Origin: Polyangiales bacterium
Lineage (GTDB): Bacteria; Myxococcota_A; Polyangia; Polyangiales; Polyangiaceae
Length of the DNA: 64,000 nt
Assembly: GCA_038230375.1 (NCBI GenBank)
Contig: JBBRNJ010000003.1
Location: 64,001 to 128,000, forward strand
Reading direction: 5' to 3'
Each line of letters begins with the position of its first letter. Positions within the stretch are counted from its first letter, which is position 1. The position numbers and the translations under genes were made by a program. Positions 52,093-62,316 of this stretch are shown here, piece after piece. A model generated the notes under the pieces. It ran no database searches. It was given only the letters and a program-made list of their open reading frames with translations, and was not told where the DNA came from.

Positions 52093-54102
52093 GTGAACGG
52101 TGACGGAGACGTAGATTCGAAGGACGGGAGTGGCCCCGCGGATGACCGCGATCACCTCAAGATAGCCACGCCCGCGGACCCCGTGCGCCTCGTCCAGGGC
52201 AGCATCGTGGGCGGCGTCGGCGCGGCGCAGCTGCGTCGCGGTGACAAGACGCGCATCGGCGACATCCTCGTCAAGAACGGGGACATCTCGCAGGAGACGC
52301 TCGACAAGGCGCTCGGGATCCAGGAGGAGCGCGGCGGCCAGCTCGGTCGCATCTTCGTGACCACAGGCGCGTGCTCGGAGGCGGCGATCGCGCGCGCGCT
52401 CCTGTCGCAGATCAAGCTGCGTCGCAAACACGGCGGCCTGGATGCATCGCTCGCCGCGCGCGAGAACCCGGACGTCGCTGGCATCCGTGTCCTCACGCGG
52501 CCCGTCGCCACGTCGCTCACGCTGATCGGCGTGGACCTTGCCAGCCTCTTCCTGTCGGCGGGCCTGGGCTTCCTCGTCCACCGCATCATCCGCGGTGAGC
52601 AGCACTTCACCGAGCTCTACGTCATCATCCCGATCATCGTGCTGTGCATGTTCGTGTACGGCTTCATGGAGCTCTACTCGCCCATCGCGCAGAGCACCCC
52701 GGACGAGCTCCGCATCATCACCCTCTCCACCACGCTCGTGCACCTGGCCTTCGGCGCCATGGCGCTCACGGGCAACCTGCCCGTCACGCGCTGGGGTTAC
52801 TACGAGCGAATCACCTGGTGGTTCACATCACTGCTGATCGTGCCCGTCGTGCGCGCCCTCGCACGCTCGTACCTGTCCAAGTTCCCGTGGTGGGGAATCC
52901 CCGTCATCGTGCTGGGAGCCGCAAAAACAGGCCGTTTGGTGGTGCGCACCCTGAAGGCCCAGCCGCGGAACGGCATCAAGCCCATCGCGCTCCTGGATGA
53001 TGATCCCGCCAAGCAAGGCACGCTGCGCGCGAGCTTCACGAACGAGATGGTCGACCTCCGCTCCATGAGCATCTCCGCCTCGCACTTCATGACGGAGTCC
53101 ACGCGCCAGGCCCTCGCCGACGAGCTGCTCGGCCCCGACAGCACCGAGACCCCGCTCCACACGCCAATACCCCCGCCCGATCGCGACAGCGGCGGTCACC
53201 GCCTCTCCACGTTCTTCCCGCGCGGCAAGTTCGCCGAGGTCGAGGGCGTCCCCGTCATCGGCGATCTCGCGCTCGCGCCCGTGCTCGCAGAGCGCCTCAA
53301 GGTGCCGTACGCGATCGTCGCGATGCCCGGCCTGGACTCGCTGAAGCTGCTCGGCATCGTGGAGCGCGTCGGCGGCAAGTTCAGCCACCTCCTGGTCATC
53401 CCGGACCTCTTCGGCTTCGCCACGCTCGGTGTCCCCGCCAAGAGCCTTGGCGGCATCCTGGGCGTAGAGGTGCGGCAGCAGCTGCTCCTTCCGTGGCCGC
53501 GCGTCCTGAAGCGCATGATCGATGTCGCGCTCACGTCGTTCGGGTTCCTCTTCGTGCTCCCGTTCCTGACGCTCATCGCGATCCTGGTGAAGCTCGACTC
53601 CAAGGGGCCCGTCTTCTACTTCCAGCGCCGGCTCGGTCGCGATGGTGAGCACTTCATGGCGGCGAAGTTCCGCACGATGCACGGCGACGGCGAGTCGCGC
53701 CTCCGTAGCGTCCTGGAGGCAGACCCCGCGCTGCGCGCCGAGTACGAGATCTACCACAAGCTCCGGAAGGACCCGCGCGTCACCCGGTTCGGTCGGGTCC
53801 TCCGCAAGTTCAGCCTGGATGAGTTCCCCCAGCTCTGGAGCGTGGTCAAGGGCGACATGAGCCTCGTCGGGCCGCGCCCCTACATCGAGCGTGAGCTCCC
53901 CGACATGCAAGGCCAGGAGAAGATCATCCTGCGCGCCACACCTGGGATGACCGGCATGTGGCAGGTGAGCGATCGCAGCGCAGCATCATTCGCGTGGCGC
54001 GTGCAGGTGGACGTACACTACGTACGTAACTGGTCGCCCTGGCTCGACATGTACATCTTGGCGAAGACCATCGGCGTCGTCCTCAAAGGCTCAGGAGTCT
54101 GA
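52093..54102 (+). CDS. Polyprenyl-phosphate hexose-1-phosphate transferase (WbaP/WcaJ/EpsZ family) with N-terminal MshEN motif
   Basis: [25 protein letters not shown]-terminal TMs; VIVLGA...[49 protein letters not shown]. Confidence 0.92.
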   Translation: MNGDGDVDSKDGSGPADDRDHLKIATPADPVRLVQGSIVGGVGAAQLRRGDKTRIGDILVKNGDISQETLDKALGIQEERGGQLGRIFVTTGACSEAAIARALLSQIKLRRKHGGLDASLAARENPDVAGIRVLTRPVATSLTLIGVDLASLFLSAGLGFLVHRIIRGEQHFTELYVIIPIIVLCMFVYGFMELYSPIAQSTPDELRIITLSTTLVHLAFGAMALTGNLPVTRWGYYERITWWFTSLLIVPVVRALARSYLSKFPWWGIPVIVLGAAKTGRLVVRTLKAQPRNGIKPIALLDDDPAKQGTLRASFTNEMVDLRSMSISASHFMTESTRQALADELLGPDSTETPLHTPIPPPDRDSGGHRLSTFFPRGKFAEVEGVPVIGDLALAPVLAERLKVPYAIVAMPGLDSLKLLGIVERVGGKFSHLLVIPDLFGFATLGVPAKSLGGILGVEVRQQLLLPWPRVLKRMIDVALTSFGFLFVLPFLTLIAILVKLDSKGPVFYFQRRLGRDGEHFMAAKFRTMHGDGESRLRSVLEADPALRAEYEIYHKLRKDPRVTRFGRVLRKFSLDEFPQLWSVVKGDMSLVGPRPYIERELPDMQGQEKIILRATPGMTGMWQVSDRSAASFAWRVQVDVHYVRNWSPWLDMYILAKTIGVVLKGSGV

Positions 54103-54103
54103 C

Positions 54104-54679
54104 ATGGGGCTCATTTCGAAGATGGTGACGGACGCTCTGGAGCTCTCGCGCTCCATGGCGAAGCACACGAAGGGCAAAGATCCGGAGCCCACGCTGAAGG
54201 ACGGCGCGCGCGCCGCGGCCATGCTCGACGGCTACAAGGTGCTCGCCATGTGTCGCATGCGCGAGAGCGCGCGCGCGTCGCATTTCTTCCCCGGCATGAA
54301 CCACATGCTGCGGCTCGCCTCCACCGTGCTCTACGGCATCGAGATCGGCAATGACGTCGTCTTCGGCGAGGGCGTGCACTTCGCGCACACGCTCGGCATC
54401 GTCATTGGCGGCAACTCGAAGATCGGTGACCGCGTGAAGTTCCTGGGCAACAACACCATAGGCACCGCCAAGGACAATGGCTTCCCGGTGCTCGAAGAGG
54501 ACGTGGTCGTCGGCTGCGGTGCGCGCGTGCTCGGCCCCATCCGCGTGGGCGCGCGCAGCATCATCGGCGCGAACGCCGTGGTCCTCACGGACGTGCCGCC
54601 GGACAGCGTGGTCACGGGCATCCCGGGCCGCATCCATCCGCAACGCCGCGTAGACGGCGAAAAATCCCGCGCCAACTAG
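54104..54679 (+). CDS. Serine-O-acetyltransferase-like hexapeptide acetyltransferase (polysaccharide-associated)
   Basis: GIEIG...H..GIVIG, VGCGARVLGPIRVG...IGANAVVL.DVP...GIPGR; 1 bp after the transferase stop. Confidence 0.87.
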   Translation: MGLISKMVTDALELSRSMAKHTKGKDPEPTLKDGARAAAMLDGYKVLAMCRMRESARASHFFPGMNHMLRLASTVLYGIEIGNDVVFGEGVHFAHTLGIVIGGNSKIGDRVKFLGNNTIGTAKDNGFPVLEEDVVVGCGARVLGPIRVGARSIIGANAVVLTDVPPDSVVTGIPGRIHPQRRVDGEKSRAN

Positions 54680-54706
54680 GCCTCCGAGAAGGGTCTCCGG
54701 GAAGCA

Positions 54707-55330
54707 ATGGGCGCTGAGCGCGAGGTCACACTCAAGGTCGGTCGCGAGCTGGTCGTCGGAAGCGCGCAGCTCGAGGGCGCGGAGATCATCGTCCGCCCGG
54801 AGCCGAAGGCGAAGCGGATCATCATCAAGCTGGCCGGCGCGACCGTGTTCGCCAAGGGAAACGATCTGCACGTGACCAGCAGTGGCAGCAGCGGCAAGAA
54901 GTTCGTGCTCACGCTCGGCGAGAAGCACGCCACGGCGTGGGCCGCCGCGATCAAGAACCCAAAATCGGTCCTGTCAAAGCTGGGCGTGGACAAGGTGAAA
55001 ACCCTACGAATCGTGGGCGATCCGGCGTCCGCGAGCTTCGAGGCCGACATCGCGAAGCTCGAAGGTCTCACGCTCGAGAAGAGCGGCGACGCATGGGACG
55101 CCTGCCTGCTCTTCATCACGAAGAACGCTGAGCTGTCGAAGCTGGCGTCGCTGGTGAAGCCCCTGACCGCGCCCCGCACCTTCGTGTGGGTTGTCTACGC
55201 GAAGGGCAAAACAGACCCGCGCGAGGCGGACGTGCGGGCCGCGGGCTTGGCGCTGGGGATCGTGGACGTGAAGGTCGCGAGCTTCTCGGAAACCCACACC
55301 GCGCTGAAGTTCACAGCAAGACGCAAGTAG
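54707..55330 (+). CDS. Hypothetical protein (DUF3052-like C-terminus)
   Basis: WVVYAKG...VRAAGLALGIVDVKVASFSE.HTALKF. Confidence 0.7.
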   Translation: MGAEREVTLKVGRELVVGSAQLEGAEIIVRPEPKAKRIIIKLAGATVFAKGNDLHVTSSGSSGKKFVLTLGEKHATAWAAAIKNPKSVLSKLGVDKVKTLRIVGDPASASFEADIAKLEGLTLEKSGDAWDACLLFITKNAELSKLASLVKPLTAPRTFVWVVYAKGKTDPREADVRAAGLALGIVDVKVASFSETHTALKFTARRK

Positions 55331-55360
55331 GCAAACGCGAACGACGAGCGGACGTACGTC

Positions 55361-56881
55361 CTAGAGGGCGTCGTCGATCGTGTCGGCGATGGTTTGTACG
55401 ATGCGGACGCGGGCGAGGTGCTTGTCGTTGGCTTCCACCACGTGCCACGGGTCCACGCCGGAGGTGCGCGCGATCATGTCGCAAGCGGCGGCCTCGTACG
55501 CGTCCCACTTCTTGCGGTTGCGCCAGTCGTCCTCCGTGATCTTGAAGCGCTTGAAGCGGGTGTGCTCTCGCTCCTTGAAGCGGCGGAGCTGCTCGTCCTT
55601 CGAGACCGCCAGCCAGAACTTCACGACCACGATGCCGTGGTCGTTCATGTCGCGCTCGAAGCTCTCGATCTCGTGATACGCGCGCTGCCATTCGTCCGTG
55701 CGCGCGAAGCCTTCGACGCGCTCGACCAGTACCCGTCCGTACCAGGACCGGTCGAAGATGGTGAACTTGCCGCGCGCAGGCAGATTGTTCCAGAAGCGCC
55801 ACAGGTAAGGGTACGAGCGCTCCTCGCTGGTGGGCGCTGCAATGGGGATGACGTGGTACTGGCGCGCGTCGAGCGCCGCGGTGACCCGGCGGATCGCGCC
55901 GCCCTTTCCCGCTGCGTCGTTGCCTTCGAACACGACGACACACGCGCGCTTCTTCGCGAACGTGAGGTCTCGCGAGAGCTGGTTCAGGTGGCGCTGCGCC
56001 TTCTCCATCTTCACGTTGTAGTGCTCCTTCGAGAGCCGCCCCTCGAAGGTCAGTCCACGCAAGAGCGACAGGTGCTCGGAGGTCGGTGCGGCCACGGCGC
56101 GGGTCTTCTTCGACCGAGCCACCGCCTTTGTCGCGGAGGGCGCGGCTGTCTTCGCGCGCGCGGAGTCGTCCTCTGCGAGCTTGCGGCGCATCGCGGAGAG
56201 GAGGAGCTCACCGACCTCGAGCGAGCGCCTGTTCGCGTTGAAGCCGTTGATGATGTGCCACGGCGCGACGCTCGTATGACGGAGCACGTGCTCGGACACC
56301 TTCGTGTAGCTGTCGTAGTCCTTGAAGCGCTGCCAATCGCGCGGCGTCACGCGCCAGCTCGTGCGCTTGTCCTTCTCCAGCGTGTGGAGGCGCTTGTACT
56401 GGGCCTTCTTTCCGAGGTGGAACCAGAACTTCAGGAGCAGCCCGCCATCCTTTTCGAGAAGGTCTTCGAGGGCCACGATGCGCTCGATCTGTTTGTCGAG
56501 CCGCGCGGCCGTCATGGTCTTCTCCACGCGCGCGACGATCGGATGCGTGTACCAGTTGCCGAAGAGCACACCGATGCGCCCCTTTGCCGGCTGCGCACGC
56601 CAGAAGCGCCACATCTCCGGGCGCGCGCGCTCCTGTTCCGTGGGGCCGCCGAACGCGAACGCCTGGATGTGACGCGGGTCCATCCACTCATGGAGCAGGT
56701 TGGCGGTCTCACCCTTGCCCGCGCCCTCGACCCCGTTGATGAGGACGATGACGGGAAACGTCTTCCGCGCGAGCACGTCGTACTGGACGTCCAGGAGGTC
56801 TGCGCGCAGCTTGGCGACCCTGCGGTCGTACGTGGCGTCGTCGACGGTGTCTTTGGACTCGAATGCGTCGAAGAGGCTCAT
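55361..56881 (-). CDS. pap: Polyphosphate:AMP phosphotransferase (two-domain PPK2)
   Basis: NGVEGAGKG and EGNDAAGKGG, FDRSWYGRVLVERVE, KFWL, KITEDDWRNR. Confidence 0.92.
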   Translation of the reverse strand: MSLFDAFESKDTVDDATYDRRVAKLRADLLDVQYDVLARKTFPVIVLINGVEGAGKGETANLLHEWMDPRHIQAFAFGGPTEQERARPEMWRFWRAQPAKGRIGVLFGNWYTHPIVARVEKTMTAARLDKQIERIVALEDLLEKDGGLLLKFWFHLGKKAQYKRLHTLEKDKRTSWRVTPRDWQRFKDYDSYTKVSEHVLRHTSVAPWHIINGFNANRRSLEVGELLLSAMRRKLAEDDSARAKTAAPSATKAVARSKKTRAVAAPTSEHLSLLRGLTFEGRLSKEHYNVKMEKAQRHLNQLSRDLTFAKKRACVVVFEGNDAAGKGGAIRRVTAALDARQYHVIPIAAPTSEERSYPYLWRFWNNLPARGKFTIFDRSWYGRVLVERVEGFARTDEWQRAYHEIESFERDMNDHGIVVVKFWLAVSKDEQLRRFKEREHTRFKRFKITEDDWRNRKKWDAYEAAACDMIARTSGVDPWHVVEANDKHLARVRIVQTIADTIDDAL

Positions 56882-56911
56882 GAACCGGTCATATCATCGT
56901 ATTCTTCGAGG

Positions 56912-57349
56912 ATGGCGACGTTTGGAGACGAGCTCGAACGAGCACGCGAGTTCGCGCAGAGACTGCGCGAGCTGGACGGGCAGCGTGGCGGGCTCGAGTT
57001 CGACGAGGACCACGGCGGCCCGCTAGGACCCACCTCGCGCGTGCACCTGGAGCGCGTGCGCAACGAGCAGGCGGACCTGGGTGACAAGCTGCTGGCCTTC
57101 TTTGCGCGCGCCGAGGCGACGCATCAGGCCGCGTTCAGGATCTACCTCGCAGAGTCAGCCGAGCGCCTGCGCGTGCTCGCGGGCTCCAAGGACGGAGATC
57201 GCTTCGCGGCCGGCGATGCCCTCACCACGTGGGACAGGTGGCTGAGGCATGAAGAGACCGAGAACCTTGCCATGTGCTTCGCGAAGGGCGAGCACATGTT
57301 GAAGAAGAACGGAGAGACGATCGATGCGCTGCTGGAGCAGAGCAGGTAG
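56912..57349 (+). CDS. Hypothetical protein
   Basis: MATFGDELERA...; TATTCT 6 nt upstream of the ATG; normal codon usage. Confidence 0.65.
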   Translation: MATFGDELERAREFAQRLRELDGQRGGLEFDEDHGGPLGPTSRVHLERVRNEQADLGDKLLAFFARAEATHQAAFRIYLAESAERLRVLAGSKDGDRFAAGDALTTWDRWLRHEETENLAMCFAKGEHMLKKNGETIDALLEQSR

Positions 57350-57366
57350 CTGCCAACGGCGAGGCG

Positions 57367-58107
57367 TCAGTACAGGTCGAAGAACACGCCCACTCCGAGG
57401 ACCGCTGAAGCCTGCAGGATCCCCGCTCCGGCGGACGTGGTCGTGCCCCCGGCCGAGACCGCGTGGTTCCCACCAATGCTGAAGACGAAATCCGGCGACG
57501 CGCGCGCGAAGAACGTCTCGTTGAACCGGTAGATGAAGCCCACGTCCAGATCCACCACGACACCCGAGAACGAGTCGATGAGCGGAACGTCCGCCGTGCC
57601 AAGGTTCGTTTCGCCGCGCGCATAGCCAAGGCCGGCGCGGGGCCAGATCGAGAAGCGGTCGTTGATGGAGAACAGATAGCCCACGCGCGGAAGGATGGAG
57701 AACGTCGTAGTTCCCTTCAGGGTCACGCTCTGCGTCGTGCTGTCGTTGCGCACGACGTCGGCGGTTCCCCACGTATTCGCGTACTCCACCAGCAGGCCCA
57801 CCGACAGGTGATCGATCACGAAGAGGTCCGCGGACGGCGTGAGCCAGAACGTATTCACGTTCGTCGTGGAGTCCGTGTTGGAGTTGAACGAGTGCTCGGA
57901 GAACTGCCTGTGCGAGAACCCGAGCGGGCCCGCATAGCTGAGGCCGTTGACCATGCTCGCGCGGAAGCCGGAGATCTGATCGATCGCGAGCGTGCCCTTC
58001 TCGCCCGCGGGGACGAGCAGCTCTCGTGCTGCATGGGCATCCGCCGCGCCGAGGAGGGTGCACAACGTGAGGGACAACGAGACGGCTCTCTTGGAATGGC
58101 GGCGCAT
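57367..58107 (-). CDS. Outer-membrane beta-barrel protein
   Basis: Signal ending AHA-A; PSADLFV..LSVG, PRVGY, SIWPRAGLGY; aromatic C-terminus. Confidence 0.78.
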   Translation of the reverse strand: MRRHSKRAVSLSLTLCTLLGAADAHAARELLVPAGEKGTLAIDQISGFRASMVNGLSYAGPLGFSHRQFSEHSFNSNTDSTTNVNTFWLTPSADLFVIDHLSVGLLVEYANTWGTADVVRNDSTTQSVTLKGTTTFSILPRVGYLFSINDRFSIWPRAGLGYARGETNLGTADVPLIDSFSGVVVDLDVGFIYRFNETFFARASPDFVFSIGGNHAVSAGGTTTSAGAGILQASAVLGVGVFFDLY

Positions 58108-58172
58108 GTGCGCATGATACGAGATTCGCACGTGGCTTGCGCCGGAGCCGTTTGCCGTGTCAAAAGGAGAGC

Positions 58173-59015
58173 GTGTCCGACCCCACCTTCATCAGCTTCG
58201 CTGGCACCGAGTCCTACCTCACGAACGACGCGCTGAGCTCCGCCGTGAACTGCGCGCTCGCGCTCGAGAAGCCGCTGCTGGTGAAAGGGGAGCCCGGCAC
58301 CGGCAAGACGCTCCTCGCAGAGGCCATCGCGGAGACGCTGCAGACAGAGCTGATTCACTGGCCTGTGAAGAGCACCACGCGCGCGCAGGACGGCCTCTAC
58401 CTGTACGACACCGTGCAGCGCCTCTACGACTCGCGCTTTGGGGACGGGGATGTGAAGGACATCCGTCACTACATCAAGCTCGGGCCGCTCGGCCGCGCGT
58501 TTGCTTCCACCAAGCGGATCGTTCTTCTCATCGACGAGGTCGACAAGGCCGACCTGGAGTTCCCGAACGACCTGCTCCACGAGTTGGATCGCATGCAGTT
58601 CGTCATTGGCGAGACCGGCGACGAGATCAAGGCGAAGGATCGCCCGGTCGTCATCATCACGTCCAACAACGAGAAGGAGCTCCCGGACGCGTTCTTGCGC
58701 CGCTGCGTGTTCCACTTCATCGACTTCCCCGAGCCGGAGCTGATGAAGCGCATCGTGAAGGTGCACCACCCCCAGATCGATCAACACCTGGTGGATCAGG
58801 CGGTCGTCACGTTCTACGAGCTGCGCGCACTACCGCGCATTCGCAAGCGCCCGAGCACCAGCGAGCTCGTCGACTGGATCAGCGTGCTCAAGCGCGCGAA
58901 CGTCGGCAACGACCGCTTCATTCGCGAGCTGCCGTTCCTGGGCGTGCTCCTCAAGAAGGAGCAGGACGTGGAGCTGGTCGCGCAAGCCAAGCGCAGCGGC
59001 GCCTGGAAGTCCTAG
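58173..59015 (+). CDS. MoxR-family AAA+ ATPase
   Basis: AAGGAG SD with GTG; KGEPGTGKT, LLIDEVDKAD.EFPNDLL, TSNNEKELPDAFLRRC, KRPSTSE. Confidence 0.92.
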   Translation: MSDPTFISFAGTESYLTNDALSSAVNCALALEKPLLVKGEPGTGKTLLAEAIAETLQTELIHWPVKSTTRAQDGLYLYDTVQRLYDSRFGDGDVKDIRHYIKLGPLGRAFASTKRIVLLIDEVDKADLEFPNDLLHELDRMQFVIGETGDEIKAKDRPVVIITSNNEKELPDAFLRRCVFHFIDFPEPELMKRIVKVHHPQIDQHLVDQAVVTFYELRALPRIRKRPSTSELVDWISVLKRANVGNDRFIRELPFLGVLLKKEQDVELVAQAKRSGAWKS

Positions 59016-59038
59016 CCGGAGCGCGCGGTCCCGTTCTC

Positions 59039-60010
59039 TCAGAACCTGAACCCGGTCGTGGAGACCTGCCCTGGTTCGATCGAGCCCTTGCCCGGAGACC
59101 GCTCCGTTGTCAGCGCGATCCCGGTGGCAACACCGCCTGCGACCACCAGGCCGATGCCCGTCCAGAACCACCACTTCTTGTAGATGGGCGTCTCTGCCTC
59201 CATCGACAGGTCGAGCTGCTTCGTGTCGCCCGCGGCGACGACAGCGGTGGAGTCGGTCGCCTTGTAGCCCTCGTGCGAGAGATGAACACGATGCGTCCCA
59301 GGCATCACCGGCGTCTCCGTGGGGACCATGCCAAACGCGATGCCATCCACGGTGACGAGCGAGCCCGACACCGGCGAGCGCACGACCAGCACGGCGCGCT
59401 CCGCCTTGGAGAGCAGCGTGAAGTCGAGCACCGTGGTCTGGCCGCCGCCGAGCGCGAGCTCACGCTCGATGGGAAAGTAGCCTTCCCTCTGGATCTTGAT
59501 GGTGGTCTTGCCTGCGTTCAACAGGAACCGCTTCTGCGACGCAGTGCCAAGCACGTGATCGCCCGAGCGTACCTCCGCGTCCTCCGGGCGGACGTGCAGC
59601 TCCAGCACGGACACGCGCGAGCGCAGATCCGCGAGCAGCTTTGGCAAGCCGACGACCTTCAGCTTCAGCTCGGGTGAGGCCTTTGCGTCGAACTCCTCTT
59701 GCGCGGCGAGCGCCTCCGGAAAATCACCGAGCGCCTCGAGCGCGCGCCCCTTGTTGTAGAGGAGCGCTGGATCCTGCGTGAGCCCGTACGCCTCTGCGTA
59801 GAGCGCGAGCGCCTGCTGGTAGCGCAGGCCGTCCATCGCCTTGTTGCCCTGCTCCTTCAGCTGCGCGGCCTTCGCTGCGGCCTCTGGCGTGGGCTCTGCG
59901 TACGCCACGCGTGCACCGCCGACGCAGAGCACCAGCCACGTGAGGAGAATGCATCCGAACGAACGAGAGATCGCGGCAGAGTTGCGCATCGCGCGCGGAC
60001 CGATGTCCAT
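59039..60010 (-). CDS. TPR and PEGA-domain exported protein
   Basis: PALLYNKGRA TPR; two PEGA-like repeats (REGY, HEGY); PIYKKWWFWTGIG. Confidence 0.85.
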   Translation of the reverse strand: MDIGPRAMRNSAAISRSFGCILLTWLVLCVGGARVAYAEPTPEAAAKAAQLKEQGNKAMDGLRYQQALALYAEAYGLTQDPALLYNKGRALEALGDFPEALAAQEEFDAKASPELKLKVVGLPKLLADLRSRVSVLELHVRPEDAEVRSGDHVLGTASQKRFLLNAGKTTIKIQREGYFPIERELALGGGQTTVLDFTLLSKAERAVLVVRSPVSGSLVTVDGIAFGMVPTETPVMPGTHRVHLSHEGYKATDSTAVVAAGDTKQLDLSMEAETPIYKKWWFWTGIGLVVAGGVATGIALTTERSPGKGSIEPGQVSTTGFRF

Positions 60011-60072
60011 GGGGGCATCATACACCGCCGTCGTCGTGGTCAGCACCTCCTCCGTGCGATACACTGATCTGG

Positions 60073-61083
60073 ATGACCTCGAGGCGCCCCTTTCGTCCCC
60101 GGAACGTGCTGTTGCTGGCGGTCGGCGGCGTCATGCTCGTGGCGCTGACCTCGTCCTGTCAGGACCCCACGCAGTTCACGCTCGTCATCAGCACCAATGC
60201 GAAGTGTCACGATGAACTGAAGGCGACCGCCATTTATGTCGGAGGCTCGCTCGGCGCGGTCAACGACAAGGTCCAGACCAGCTCTCCCGTCGCAAATACG
60301 GACAACTGCGTGAGCGGCAATGTCGGCACGCTGGTGGTGACCCCCGGCAACTCGGACGGGGCGGTGGTGGTCATCGGCGGCTTTTACGGCAAGTTGCCCA
60401 CCGCGTGCGTGGAGGGCCACTACGAGAACTGCATCGTCGCGCGTCGAAGCTTCGCGTTCATCAAGCACACTCCGCTGAGCATTCCGATCGAGCTCGAGCG
60501 CGACTGCCTCAATGTGCCGTGCGACGTGAACTCCACATGCCACAACGGCGCGTGCTACGCGGCCGGCGTCACGTGCGCCACGAATGGCGATTGTTCGCAT
60601 CCCGGGGACGGCGACGCCGGCCCGCTCGACGCGGGCCCGAACGCGTTCGTCGATGCTCCAGCGGACAAGGACGCCTCCGAGGGAGGAATGACAGGGAAGG
60701 ACGCCGGCGAGGACGCGGGCGAGGCTGCCGACGCGGCCGACGGGGAGGCAGGGCCCGTTACTCCTGCGGGCGTCGTCTGCAAGGACACCGGCGGGATGTT
60801 GCTCGTGTCGAACTGTGGCGCGAAGGATTGCAGCGGGCTCCAGGCCTGCTGCGGTCCGTCTGCCATGCTCGTGTGCGCCGCTCCGCAGAGCTGCCCAGGC
60901 GCTCAGTCGATCTACTGCTGTGACCACAACCAATGCCCGGTGGGCCAGTGCTGCCTGGGGGGCAACGCCAAAGCGCTCGCTCCGATCCTGGGCGGTGCGG
61001 GGGCCGAAGCAGGCGTCTTCGATGCCAGCGCCTGTTCCCCGGTTGCTCGCATGCCCAACTCGACGCCCGGCACCTGTCAGTGA
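60073..61083 (+). CDS. Cys-rich lipoprotein
   Basis: TSSC lipobox; GTLVVTP, CIVARR.FAF, DAG-rich linker, Cys-rich tail. Confidence 0.78.
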   Translation: MTSRRPFRPRNVLLLAVGGVMLVALTSSCQDPTQFTLVISTNAKCHDELKATAIYVGGSLGAVNDKVQTSSPVANTDNCVSGNVGTLVVTPGNSDGAVVVIGGFYGKLPTACVEGHYENCIVARRSFAFIKHTPLSIPIELERDCLNVPCDVNSTCHNGACYAAGVTCATNGDCSHPGDGDAGPLDAGPNAFVDAPADKDASEGGMTGKDAGEDAGEAADAADGEAGPVTPAGVVCKDTGGMLLVSNCGAKDCSGLQACCGPSAMLVCAAPQSCPGAQSIYCCDHNQCPVGQCCLGGNAKALAPILGGAGAEAGVFDASACSPVARMPNSTPGTCQ

Positions 61084-61093
61084 GGCGCGCGCT

Positions 61094-62140
61094 CTAGAAC
61101 ATGCCGCTGCCGCCCTGCTGGCAGTTCATGCAGGCGGGGTCGCTCGGGTTCGTGTTGCACGAGAGCGGGCAGTACTTCACACGGTTGAAGACGAACGCGT
61201 TGCCTTTGCCGTCGTCGATCTTGTCGCAGAGGACGTCCTCACCGATGACGGTCATCTCGCCGTATCCGCCGCTCTTCACGAACTGGTTCGCGCAGGTGGT
61301 GCTCGAGCCGACCCACGCAGGCAGGTTCGGGAACTTCGTCTCGACGCCCTCCTTCGGGTAGTCGCCTTCGACGCACACCTTCGTGATGGAGCAGTCCGCC
61401 GCGGACGGCATGTCGAAGTTGCCCGCCTTGATCTCGTAACAGAGCTTGAAGTGCCCCGCGCAGTCGACCGTGACCGTGTCCGTGGACCAGTCGGAGCCGG
61501 GCTTGGGGGGAGGCGGCGTGGGGTTCGGGGGGAGCGCCTGACATCCCGCAGTACCACCCATGTCTACGGTGGAGGCGGCGTACTGATCCGTACCGCCGAA
61601 GTTGTAGAAGCACGGGCTCGTGTTGGAGAGCTTCCACTGTCCGGCCGAGAAGCACTGACATGCGGGCTTGCCCTTGGTCGCGCCCATCTGCGGGAGGACC
61701 TCGCCCGTGCACTCGCTCCAGGTGAGGCCGAGCTCGCCGTGCTTCTGACAGGTGGTCACGCCGTCCTTGCAGACGCCAAGGTGGCGGTTCTTGCGGAGGC
61801 CGGTCCAGCAGGGGGCCATCATGTCTTGCATGTCGCACGCACAGCCGGGCTTGTTCTTGTCGCTCGGACAGTCAACCGTTCCGGTGACGGGAGGCGGGGC
61901 AGGGCCGCCGGCGTCCAGCAGGCAGTACATTGGCGGAGGGTCGTTCTTGTAGGGGTCACCGCTGTCGACCGCGGAGCCGCCTTCGCCACCGCCGCCGAAG
62001 CCGCCTTCGAAGAGCGTGGGGTCCGTGCCGCTGTCGGTGCCGTCGCCGAACTTGGAGCCGCCGTCGTCACCGCATGCGATGAGCGCAATGCCGAGGACAG
62101 ACGTGGCAGCGAGAACTCCAAGGATCGAAATCTTGTGCAT
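61094..62140 (-). CDS. Cys-rich lipoprotein
   Basis: LIAC lipobox; GVCKDG...C...WSECTGEVLP. Confidence 0.8.
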   Translation of the reverse strand: MHKISILGVLAATSVLGIALIACGDDGGSKFGDGTDSGTDPTLFEGGFGGGGEGGSAVDSGDPYKNDPPPMYCLLDAGGPAPPPVTGTVDCPSDKNKPGCACDMQDMMAPCWTGLRKNRHLGVCKDGVTTCQKHGELGLTWSECTGEVLPQMGATKGKPACQCFSAGQWKLSNTSPCFYNFGGTDQYAASTVDMGGTAGCQALPPNPTPPPPKPGSDWSTDTVTVDCAGHFKLCYEIKAGNFDMPSAADCSITKVCVEGDYPKEGVETKFPNLPAWVGSSTTCANQFVKSGGYGEMTVIGEDVLCDKIDDGKGNAFVFNRVKYCPLSCNTNPSDPACMNCQQGGSGMF

Positions 62141-62316
62141 AGTACACCTAATCTCCGGCGACCGATTCAGCTGAACCAGAAACCAAAGTATTGCACGGCG
62201 AAACCCCGCGCGGCATGGATCAGAGATCACCATGGACCCGCCGGGACCACCCCATTTCGGGCGGCGATCTTGCGTGTGTCTCGCTACGGACACGCTCTTC
62301 GTGTAGGTACGGGGCC

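Noticed and set aside
55394..57349. 651-aa plus-strand ORF
   Set aside because: Antisense to PPK2 for most of its length; only 56912-57349 looks coding
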